Source of the DNA: a virus
Taxonomy: Duplodnaviria > Heunggongvirae > Uroviricota > Caudoviricetes
Strand: one strand, 5' to 3'
IMG/VR virus record: IMGVR_UViG_3300042554_002914
Length of the DNA: 64,000 bases
In this document: positions 1-7,773 of the stretch, piece by piece
How positions within the stretch are numbered: position 1 is the first letter of the stretch
Layout: each line of letters opens with the position of its first letter
Notes under the pieces: generated by a model
Seen by the model: the letters and a program-made list of their open reading frames with translations, nothing else
The model's database searches: none
Told to the model about the DNA's origin: nothing
Made by a program: the position numbers and the translations under genes

Positions 1-796
1 TTCCATGGGTGACATACAAGTCGATGCGGGATGGGTTGTGTTCCCGAAGGACTTTAGCCAATTCTATGAAGGTGCGACCACCATCGCAAATATCGTCAAC
101 AATAAGAAGGTTCTTTCCTTTGTAATCACCGTCTTGGATCTCCGTTCGCAGGATTTCCCCATTTTCAGGGTTACGGACTTTGGTGGCATACTTGACTTCA
201 GAAGACCCTATAGACCTAGCAGCTATTTCCGCCCGTGGCACTGCGCCTTTATCAGGGGCAATGATTATGGTGGTGGGGTCCCACTCCATGTCTGAAGGTA
301 TCAATTCAAAGATACTCAAAAGGGAATCAACCTGATCGTTAACAAAATTGGTAAATTCCCCAAAGATGCTCTCAGCTACGGGGCTATGAACATCCCATGT
401 TACCAAGCAGTCGCCCTTGCCCAAATACGGCCTGAGGGAATTAGCAAACACCAACAAGGAAAAAGCTTCACCTTCAGCACAAACTCTATCCTGGCGGCTA
501 TAGGGCAAGTAGGGGATAAAAAGTTCCAACCCCCAAGGCTTATTGAGGCCACTTCTTACCCTTTTAATTGCATCCAAAATAAGCAAAAGTTTCGCCCATT
601 CTTCGCCTTTGCCGTCGATGTCAGCAGTGACGAAGATTTCGGAGTATTCAGACAGACTATCAAGGTTAACTCCGTCTAAGATTCTAACTTGATGTTCCCC
701 GGCAGAGAAAGTGAAGGTTGAGTAATTGATTTCTGCAGGGGGCTTCCCTTCAATTAGATCCCTCGTTAGATTGGTTGCAGTTATGTTGATTGTCAT
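1..796 (-). CDS. prs: Ribose-phosphate pyrophosphokinase (PRPS/Adps)-like protein, runs off window start
   Basis: Not in ORF track. Hand translation from ATG at 796: FSAGEH, PYLPYSRQDRVC, TWDVHS, IIAPDKGA, LIVDDICDGGRTF, LYVTHG; open to base 2. Confidence 0.9.
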   Translation of the reverse strand, partial: MTINITATNLTRDLIEGKPPAEINYSTFTFSAGEHQVRILDGVNLDSLSEYSEIFVTADIDGKGEEWAKLLLILDAIKRVRSGLNKPWGLELFIPYLPYSRQDRVCAEGEAFSLLVFANSLRPYLGKGDCLVTWDVHSPVAESIFGEFTNFVNDQVDSLLSIFELIPSDMEWDPTTIIIAPDKGAVPRAEIAARSIGSSEVKYATKVRNPENGEILRTEIQDGDYKGKNLLIVDDICDGGRTFIELAKVLREHNPSRIDLYVTHG

Positions 797-866
797 TTTG
801 TTAGTGGGTTTTGGTTTGTGGATTTGGTTTGTGGGGTTGGTATCTATGGTTAAAGGTCTGAAAGTT

Positions 867-1103
867 TCATACCGGGTCATACCGGTAAAAAGCCTCCCGA
901 TAAGCCTCAAATGCTACCTTCTCCATCCACATGACTACGGGTAATCCGGAGATACATCCCAAATCTTCTTTAATTCCTTCAGCAATAGACCTAAGGGGGC
1001 AATCCCCAATGGAAGCTTCTCTTTCGAATTGCTCATAATTTCTGATTATTTCCCTGATTTCATCTGTGGATAGTGCCTGGATTCTTTCTTGTAGGGTTTT
1101 CAT
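867..1103 (-). CDS. Hypothetical protein
   Basis: 78 aa ORF directly downstream of a sigma70-like promoter. Confidence 0.6.
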   Translation of the reverse strand: MKTLQERIQALSTDEIREIIRNYEQFEREASIGDCPLRSIAEGIKEDLGCISGLPVVMWMEKVAFEAYREAFYRYDPV

Positions 1104-1148
1104 TGGTTTTTAGTTGGTTTTAGTTGTAATGGTGTCTCAACTGAAGTA

Positions 1149-1210
1149 ACTATAGCGTTTTGCCCTGCAGAAACAAGGGTGGAAGCCGAATGCTTCGGTT
1201 CGGTTATCCA
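1149..1210 (-). promoter_or_regulatory. Class A promoter cassette (GGTTCGG motif + TTGTTT..TATAGT)
   Basis: TTGTTT-16-TATAGT with upstream motif shared with 31818, 35552, 35822. Confidence 0.6.
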
Positions 1211-1287
1211 CCCCCCCCTAGACTCTAGTTTCTATGGGTTTAAATGTTATGTAAGAAAGAAAAGGGGGGCATCCCCCCCGGCCGCAA

Positions 1288-2142
1288 TCAGAACTTAAAG
1301 CCCAGGCCGACAGTACCAACTGGGGCGTAAGCAGTCCCAGCAACACCGTTTTCCTGGGTCGGGAATTTCAGATCGGCGAAACCAACTAGGGACGATGTAA
1401 AAGCACGCTCCACACCGGCAACGAATACAAACTGAGAGCCTTGGCCGATGCTCGTCTGGTAGTTGGCTTCCCCATCGTTAGTCAATGCCCATTGGCCACC
1501 GGCACCGAGGTAGAGGTTAGTGCCACTGACGTAAGTACCACCAATGGTACGCCCAGCCAGGGAAACGTCTACGGTCCCCAGAACGCCGATAGCAGAACCA
1601 ATTTGGCTATCAAGGCCCGCAGCGAAGTTTACATAGGGGCGAGCTGAGATGGTAGTACCGTAGACTTCAGCCACTGGGAAACGTCCCTGAAGGGTACCAC
1701 CAGCGATAGTACGATTGTTGCTATAGGTATCGCTGCTAACGCCTTGACGATTCAGGTTGATACCTGAACCAATATAGTTACCGATTCCAATTGCCTCGCG
1801 GGTTGCCGTATCTTCAAGGGCAGAAACACGAGCGTTGGTAACTGCGATAGCCGCACGAGCCTCGTCTGCAATGCGACGGTCGGCTTGGCTCAAGGTGTCA
1901 TAAACCCGGTCAATGCAAGCACTCATGAGAGCTACGCTTTCGTAGCGGGCGGTGGGATTGCTACCACGGAAAGTGCCATCGGGATACCCCACGGCACAAT
2001 CATACTTTTCAGCGAGGTTTTGAAGGGCACCGTAGGCCCAATTTGTAGGAGAAGAGTCCGTAAACCGTGGTGCGGCGAGCGCAGGGGCGGCAAAGGAAGC
2101 GATGGCTACTGAGGCAGCGATAATTCGATTTTTCATTTTCAT
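1288..2142 (-). CDS. SLH-domain outer-membrane beta-barrel protein (cyanobacterial porin-like N-terminus)
   Basis: Signal peptide; FTDSSPTNWAYGALQNLAEKY..GYPDGTFRG..TRYE SLH motif; amphipathic strands ending GLGFKF (terminal Phe). Confidence 0.8.
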   Translation of the reverse strand: MKMKNRIIAASVAIASFAAPALAAPRFTDSSPTNWAYGALQNLAEKYDCAVGYPDGTFRGSNPTARYESVALMSACIDRVYDTLSQADRRIADEARAAIAVTNARVSALEDTATREAIGIGNYIGSGINLNRQGVSSDTYSNNRTIAGGTLQGRFPVAEVYGTTISARPYVNFAAGLDSQIGSAIGVLGTVDVSLAGRTIGGTYVSGTNLYLGAGGQWALTNDGEANYQTSIGQGSQFVFVAGVERAFTSSLVGFADLKFPTQENGVAGTAYAPVGTVGLGFKF

Positions 2143-2396
2143 TTTGTTTGTGTTTTGTCTGTACAGATCCGGGTTACAAATCCCGGAATGTGATTGTAAG
2201 GATGCGATCCTTATGCTGATGGCATTTGCTCTCCCAGAGCAACAATCACCTTGCTATTGGGACGATTATTTTCTAGGCTCATTGCCAATTTGAAAAATTT
2301 CAAGCCATGTCATTGTTGTCAGAAAGATAACAACGCAGTCGGAAATAAATAGCTTTTCCTCAGGAGTGAAGTTCATTCTGGTTAATCTTATCGAAC

Positions 2397-2615
2397 TTAT
2401 TTACCGGAGTCAAAGGTGCAAAGTGCGGTGTAATGCCCTAGTTCATAACCTTCAGTCCAATTTCCCCCGGACCGAACACAGTCACTCATTCTGTACGGAC
2501 TTTTACCAGAGAGCACCCCGGCAGTAATTGAAGCAAGGATCCCAAAAATAACCCCACAAATTAAAAGTTCAATCAGGGTGAAGCCGTTGGGGGTTTGAAA
2601 TTTTAATCGTGCCAT
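2397..2615 (-). CDS. Type IV pilin-like protein
   Basis: Prepilin cleavage/methylation motif GFTLIELL, hydrophobic helix, C-terminal Cys pair. Confidence 0.8.
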   Translation of the reverse strand: MARLKFQTPNGFTLIELLICGVIFGILASITAGVLSGKSPYRMSDCVRSGGNWTEGYELGHYTALCTFDSGK

Positions 2616-2670
2616 TTTTAAGAAGTAAAGGAAAGAAGGGTGAGTACCAGCAAGGCATCACCCATAGCAA

Positions 2671-3141
2671 TCAGAGGCGAGAAATGCAAACGTTGGCTAA
2701 ACCACTGACTCCCAGGCGTTGAGCAGCCCCGTGAGCAAGGTCAATGATACGACCCCCGATGTAGGGTCCCCTGTCTGAAATCCTAACATCAGCAACAAGG
2801 CCATTGTCACGATTTACGACCCTGACCCAGCTTCCAAAGGGGAGTGTAGGATGTGCTGCTGTCATTGTGTTAGGGCGCAATCTTTCACCACTAGCAGTTA
2901 AGTTTCCATATAATCCTGGCCCATACCAACTGGCTTGGCCACACTGCTTGGCTTGAGCTGGTGCCCCAGAAAGAAGTCCGGCAGCGAGAAAGAAAGAGGC
3001 TAATTTGAAACGCATGGAAACATTAGGGTTCGACATTCGTGTTTGTTGCTTTTGGCAACCATGGTCCAGTGCCTGATTACTCGGGCTAGATACCATTGTG
3101 GTTTGTTGCAGTTGGCAAGTAAAGTTCGGGAAACCGCCCAT
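2671..3141 (-). CDS. rlpA: RlpA-family (DPBB) lytic transglycosylase; true start probably ~3036
   Basis: GQASWYG..TASGE..TAAHPTLPFG..V.I.DRGPY..GRIIDL. Confidence 0.9.
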   Translation of the reverse strand: MGGFPNFTCQLQQTTMVSSPSNQALDHGCQKQQTRMSNPNVSMRFKLASFFLAAGLLSGAPAQAKQCGQASWYGPGLYGNLTASGERLRPNTMTAAHPTLPFGSWVRVVNRDNGLVADVRISDRGPYIGGRIIDLAHGAAQRLGVSGLANVCISRL

Positions 3142-3818
3142 CAGCTTGCCTCCCGACGAAGGTTTGCTAGGTTATCTTCGTAAAAGCGCTTCAGGTCGTC
3201 ATACCTTTTGACAGGCTGACCGTAATAACTGTTGCCGCTATAGGTTGGTAACGATGCCCATTCCGGAGCAAGCTTTGCAATTAGCGTAGGAGTAATCTTT
3301 CCGGAATCAGCGAGACGCAAAGCATTACGCCTTTCGACAAGGTACAAGGCTGCTTGGTCTTGGCTTCCAGGGCCAAAGTCCGAAAGGTTAAGTTTCTTGG
3401 AGGCCTCATCCCAGGTTCCTGGCAAGAACTGATAAGCCCCAGCAGCTGCACTCGCGTAGCTCACTGAGTATTGAATTTGGTTTGGATGTTTTTCTAATGA
3501 GGATACCATGCGCCCCCCAAACAGAATCCGGTAGCCATCTCGGCTATTTTCAGTCCAGGTTCCTTCGGCGAAGCGAATGGTATTTAAAAGGGCTCTGCGT
3601 TCTGGCGTAAGCTCATAGGCAGGGGCCGGTAAAAACTTTGTAGGATCGCAGCCTGTGCAAATGGAGTCGAGTCCTAGTGGTAGACCTGGGGAGAGACCCC
3701 TGATTGCGACTTTCTGAGGTACAGGGTATTCCAGTCTGTTAAACTCAGTAAGTCCGTTCAGCGGGGTTGCAACAGTTCCAACTAGGGAAACAGCCACAAG
3801 TGTAGTGAGGTTGAGCAT
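3141..3818 (-). CDS. Lambda-type lysozyme/muramidase (GH104-like) with N-terminal signal region
   Basis: ALLNTIRFAEGT, AAGAYQFLPGTW, QDQAA, EWASLP. Confidence 0.85.
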   Translation of the reverse strand: MLNLTTLVAVSLVGTVATPLNGLTEFNRLEYPVPQKVAIRGLSPGLPLGLDSICTGCDPTKFLPAPAYELTPERRALLNTIRFAEGTWTENSRDGYRILFGGRMVSSLEKHPNQIQYSVSYASAAAGAYQFLPGTWDEASKKLNLSDFGPGSQDQAALYLVERRNALRLADSGKITPTLIAKLAPEWASLPTYSGNSYYGQPVKRYDDLKRFYEDNLANLRREAS

Positions 3819-3994
3819 TTAATTAGTTAGATACAACATCCGATTAGGATAAGGAGAAGTTCCCCGTCTCAGGGGCGAATCCCTCGGCACATTTTGTTTA
3901 AGGACACATTATCATGCCCCGATCCCCACTTTGCGATTTGCAAAGAACCCCCTCATAAAGGGCGACGTTTTAGGTTCCGTCATGGGTCGTTTCT

Positions 3995-4022
3995 ATTATA
4001 GCACCCTAGATCAGAAAGTCAA
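3995..4022 (-). promoter_or_regulatory. sigma70-type promoter
   Basis: TTGACT-16-TATAAT. Confidence 0.6.
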
Positions 4023-4073
4023 TGGGGGGGGGGGGGATGGGTGCGCGGGTAGGTGGACGGGTGATGACGATCC

Positions 4074-4259
4074 TTACAGGAAGTCGGAGCCAGGTGTATT
4101 ACCAAAGTCTAAACAATATTCTCTAAACATCCCCTTAACTAATTGCCAATTTTCCCCGCTGGCATCTAACCCGAGTCTCTCAGTGGCTTGGGGGACGTTC
4201 CATTTTGCCCCATATAATTTTCCCATAGCAATTTCATAGTCCCCCTTTGAAAAAGTCAT
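4074..4259 (-). CDS. Hypothetical protein
   Basis: 61 aa ORF coupled to the upstream gene. Confidence 0.55.
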   Translation of the reverse strand: MTFSKGDYEIAMGKLYGAKWNVPQATERLGLDASGENWQLVKGMFREYCLDFGNTPGSDFL

Positions 4260-4711
4260 TACTTGTTGCCAGGATTTTTATTGTTATTTTTCCGTTTATT
4301 GTTATTTAACAAATTATTTATCATCTTAGTGAGAATCTTATTGACAGGCTCTGGGACCTGGTAAACGGGGATTTTTGGTTTTTTGCCGGGAGCTTTCGCT
4401 GCAGGGGCTTTCGCTGCCGGAGCCTTGACTGCAGGGGCTTTCGTTTCGGGTTTTGTCACCGGGGACTTTGCTGCTGGTGACTTACGTTGGGCCAATATCT
4501 GATTAGCAACTTTGGTGATCGCTGGATTTAAAGCCCAAGGAATATCAACCATGCAAACATGGTAACCCGGGATGCAAGAAGCCCCGCAAGATTTCCCCTT
4601 TTTGCATTTCTTTCTTTTTAGTTTGGGTAAATTGAGACCCCCTAGCCTAGCTATTTGACCACGTTTAGCGGCATTAATTTGGCCCTCAGTTCTTTTCTCA
4701 ATTAAAGGCAT
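4259..4711 (-). CDS. Basic protein with CxxGKSCxAxCI cysteine motif and KAPAA repeats
   Basis: CKKGKSCGASCIPGYHVCMVDIP; same motif in 59385..60752. Confidence 0.65.
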   Translation of the reverse strand: MPLIEKRTEGQINAAKRGQIARLGGLNLPKLKRKKCKKGKSCGASCIPGYHVCMVDIPWALNPAITKVANQILAQRKSPAAKSPVTKPETKAPAVKAPAAKAPAAKAPGKKPKIPVYQVPEPVNKILTKMINNLLNNNKRKNNNKNPGNK

Positions 4712-4781
4712 CTGGGGTGGGTCACTTAGTATTCCTTTCTTATTCTACCCTGATGCCCCCCCCCCCTTTTTTATTGTCCTG

Positions 4782-5156
4782 CTAATTACCCTTAAGTGTC
4801 CTATAAATTCCCTCAAACCACCCTGCCTTACGGGGATCCCCACACTTCCACAACGGTAAATGAGATAGCAAATATCGTTTTTCCTCTTTAACCAAACAAG
4901 CGATTGCGCTAGGGTCATAGCCCTTATAGTCTGGGTCGTGGAACTTAACTACCGGTATAGAGTGGTACTCTAATGATAAGAGTAAATCTATCAGGTGCCA
5001 TCTCCCCTCAACTGTTAGCCAAACGAAAGAGGGATGCTCGCCCTCAGGAACTCCCCGTAAACGGCAATACTCCAGCTGAGCATGAGCTGACTGGATAGCT
5101 TGTTGATGGGTAGGGAGATCACGCCTAGAAATGGCGTAGAAGTGTTTTGGGCTCAT
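4782..5156 (-). CDS. Peptidyl-tRNA hydrolase 2 (Pth2)-like protein
   Basis: YAISRRDL..QQAIQSAHA, F.DPD..SAIA, LSHLPL pattern. Confidence 0.65.
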   Translation of the reverse strand: MSPKHFYAISRRDLPTHQQAIQSAHAQLEYCRLRGVPEGEHPSFVWLTVEGRWHLIDLLLSLEYHSIPVVKFHDPDYKGYDPSAIACLVKEEKRYLLSHLPLWKCGDPRKAGWFEGIYRTLKGN

Positions 5157-5203
5157 ATTTCCTAGGTAGGTATGCTAACGGAATCGTCACCCTGGGTTAA
5201 ACC

Positions 5204-5593
5204 CTAGTCAGATAAACCAAAAAGTTCTTTAAAAAACTCAACTTCACCTGAGAATTCAACTGGTACAGTAGCTAAATTAGAAAAAATTGCTGCTGCTAAG
5301 CGGTGATTCCCGTCAGTGAGTATCCAATCCATAGAGTAACCCATAGAGGGGATTCCTACGTCTAAGGAAATTGGATCCTCAAACCCATTCACAATGAAAT
5401 AGGCTATTCTTGCTGCGTGGTCATTGGCAGTTGGTTTTCTACCGTTGGCTTTAAGACTACTGATGGGAATCTCTAGCAAATTCCCGCAATTGATGGCCTT
5501 TTGTACCTTGGACTTTGGGACCTTAACACCCCAAGGATGGTATAGGTATGGGTCGCAAAGTTCTTTAAGCTTACTCACCGGGACATGGATCAT
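5204..5593 (-). CDS. ParB/Srx N-terminal-like domain protein
   Basis: ILTDGNHRLAAA motif. Confidence 0.6.
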   Translation of the reverse strand: MIHVPVSKLKELCDPYLYHPWGVKVPKSKVQKAINCGNLLEIPISSLKANGRKPTANDHAARIAYFIVNGFEDPISLDVGIPSMGYSMDWILTDGNHRLAAAIFSNLATVPVEFSGEVEFFKELFGLSD

Positions 5594-5616
5594 GTGTTTC
5601 TGAATACAAATGGCAT

Positions 5617-6324
5617 TTACTTAAGGGGCTTCCCACGGAAAGAAATCTTAGCATCAAACCCCCTCTGTGTCAACCGGTCCTTGTCTGAAATGTCTACTGG
5701 TGGCAAACTGTCGGGGTTATCTCTGAGGGATGTCAAAAACATAGCAATCTCCTGGTACATTTGTTCAGCAGTGAACAAGGATGCAAACCCTAGTTCCCCC
5801 AAGTTTGGTACCGTTCGATTTAGTGTCACATGAAATGGTTCCCTAAGGTGCTTGTAGTGGGGGTCTTCTAGAGTGAAAACAGGAATTTGTAACTTTTTGG
5901 ATACTTCAACGCAGGCTGAGTTTGGAACTCCAATTAGGTCTTTGATGTCTGGCTCTTTGAACCATACTCCAGGGGATCTGCTGTAGACTAGGGCCAAGGA
6001 TGGGTGAGCCTCGGTAATTAGTTTATATTTGGGGAGATACACTCCAGGTTCTTCAGTCACCAATAGATACAACTTACCGCATACCGAGCACCATTTGTAT
6101 AACCAGGGAAATGGGTCCGGTTTTCTGCCCCGGTATCCGTCGGCTTTTGGTAACGGTTTAGCTGGTATCCCTCCTTTCACCCCAATGGAAAAATAACCAC
6201 AACTGTATTCGTCCTTACTCTCTAAATCTCTACGAACATAAGTGTTAGCCGGATCCCCACCTTCTTGGCTATACAGGTATTCTACATAGTCGTAGTAATC
6301 TTTGAACTTTGATAGGATTTTCAT
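5617..6324 (-). CDS. Hypothetical phage protein
   Basis: 235 aa ORF in co-oriented run. Confidence 0.65.
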   Translation of the reverse strand: MKILSKFKDYYDYVEYLYSQEGGDPANTYVRRDLESKDEYSCGYFSIGVKGGIPAKPLPKADGYRGRKPDPFPWLYKWCSVCGKLYLLVTEEPGVYLPKYKLITEAHPSLALVYSRSPGVWFKEPDIKDLIGVPNSACVEVSKKLQIPVFTLEDPHYKHLREPFHVTLNRTVPNLGELGFASLFTAEQMYQEIAMFLTSLRDNPDSLPPVDISDKDRLTQRGFDAKISFRGKPLK

Positions 6325-6391
6325 TGTTTTTGGGGTGAAAGGTGAATGAGTTTTACTTATTCCGTAAATCAGAACAATTTTCTATGGAACC

Positions 6392-6646
6392 TTAAGGGTT
6401 TGCAAAATCCTCCGTATGAATGGCCAGTATAGCAAACTTGTCCAAGGTGTCGTAGGTCTGGCTAACCCATTGCATCCCAGATTGTTCAAACCACCAATCG
6501 GAGGGTAATTCACAAAGATCAGCACTAATGCCAAACTCTGTGACCAACCAGCTTTCCCTATCGTAAGCCCATGGAACATTTGAAAGCTCTGCTTTTCTGG
6601 CAATGTAAGTTCGACCGTCAGGCCCCTCAAGAAGTAGGTGCGTCAC
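6392..6646 (-). CDS. Hypothetical protein
   Basis: 84 aa ORF in co-oriented run. Confidence 0.5.
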   Translation of the reverse strand: MTHLLLEGPDGRTYIARKAELSNVPWAYDRESWLVTEFGISADLCELPSDWWFEQSGMQWVSQTYDTLDKFAILAIHTEDFANP

Positions 6647-6652
6647 TTTTAT

Positions 6653-7006
6653 TCAGTCCCAGCCCCCATCCAAACGTCTGCTAACCCCACGCGCAGTTTC
6701 AGCAGCGTCTTCAATTTGGTTTCTTAAACTGATTATAATGTTGGCAATGTTCGTGTAGATTATTCCATCGTTATAACTAAGGTCAAAACCGCAATTGTAT
6801 TCATCATTCTCTTCAACTCCTGAACCGTTAAAAATTTCCCTAAGAACCTTGTGGGTATTCCACTTATCCCGGAACTTGTAGTAATCTTCTCCCTTTTGGA
6901 AATCACTCCAAGCTAGACCACTGTAGTCTGGGGGACCGCACTCTGATAGGATTTTCTTAAGTTTTTTCTTACCGGTAGCAGTCAATAATTTAGGGTCGAT
7001 TTCCAT
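6653..7006 (-). CDS. Hypothetical protein
   Basis: 117 aa ORF. Confidence 0.6.
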   Translation of the reverse strand: MEIDPKLLTATGKKKLKKILSECGPPDYSGLAWSDFQKGEDYYKFRDKWNTHKVLREIFNGSGVEENDEYNCGFDLSYNDGIIYTNIANIIISLRNQIEDAAETARGVSRRLDGGWD

Positions 7007-7029
7007 TTTTCTATTAGTGTTTGGGGCAG

Positions 7030-7278
7030 CAAGGGGACCGAAGCCCCCCGCAATGAGTCAGAATGCTATAGCTCAAACGGCTACGGCAGTCCTCTCGAAT
7101 TTGACGATTTTGTTAGCGTCTATGTTGTGCTTATGCAAGCGGCTTTCGGTAATTGGCTTGCTGTCGGTCGATTCCAGAGCGGACCCTCGAAAGGGAAATG
7201 GATCCGGGGCGATTCGAACGCCCGTGTCGCGCAGTAGTGACAACTACCTACACCCAGTTTTGAGCCGTATGGTAGGGC
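7030..7278 (-). ncRNA. ssrA: Circularly permuted (two-piece) tmRNA; tag (A)ANKIVKFERTAVAV*
   Basis: T arm + 3' acceptor CGGATCC-A (to 7199) precedes a 12-nt spacer and 5' acceptor GGGTCCG (7186); G3:U70; GGAATCGAC; UAGAC before resume codon GCT at 7117; stop 7075-7073; outer ends approximate. Confidence 0.92.
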
Positions 7279-7302
7279 TTTAACAATTATTACCCGTTAC
7301 AG

Positions 7303-7536
7303 TTAAGAGTCTATGGTAATCTTATACTGCCTAACTAAGTTAAACAACTCAGTTTGAAGGTCTTCGAAGCCGCCCACAAGTTGATCCTGAGTGACCGCAT
7401 AGCAAGGGCCCACTTTAGAGCCCGCCCAAGGTATGACTTGTTTGTGCTCTAGAATCTTGTTCCTGTACTTAAGAAGTAGGGAGTTAATCCCGGAGGCGAG
7501 CTGAACTTTATCGGATAGATCTACTTGTTTTAACAT
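7303..7536 (-). CDS. Hypothetical protein
   Basis: 77 aa ORF. Confidence 0.55.
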   Translation of the reverse strand: MLKQVDLSDKVQLASGINSLLLKYRNKILEHKQVIPWAGSKVGPCYAVTQDQLVGGFEDLQTELFNLVRQYKITIDS

Positions 7537-7597
7537 GGTTGGTAACGGTGTTGGTAACGGTGGATTGATAACAAAAGGTGATGTTACCGGATGGGCT

Positions 7598-7661
7598 GGG
7601 TCCGGGCATAGCCTGCGGCGCCCGTCCCTGGTCGGGGGCTAACGCCCCCTCCCGAAATTTT
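7598..7661. repeat. GC-rich hairpin element, inverted copy of 42639..42703
   Basis: 46-nt perfect core, ~64 nt overall, opposite orientation. Confidence 0.9.
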
Positions 7662-7773
7662 CGGGCCATACCCCTATTGTAGCGCGTTTACTAGGGGAGG
7701 CAAGGCGGCTAACCCCCCACAACCCAGCAAGCTGCCTGGAGTCCACCCATTTAACATATATGGCTAGGCAGGT

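Noticed and set aside
5-679. Plus-strand ORFs 5..295 and 386..679
   Set aside because: Shadows of the minus-strand Prs-like gene, which has clear family motifs
3860-3885. c-di-AMP (ydaO) riboswitch
   Set aside because: The GGGGCGAATC match is on the non-coding strand and the other ydaO elements are absent
7598-7661. HDV-like/theta ribozyme
   Set aside because: No nested P1/P2/P3 double pseudoknot could be built on either strand by eye
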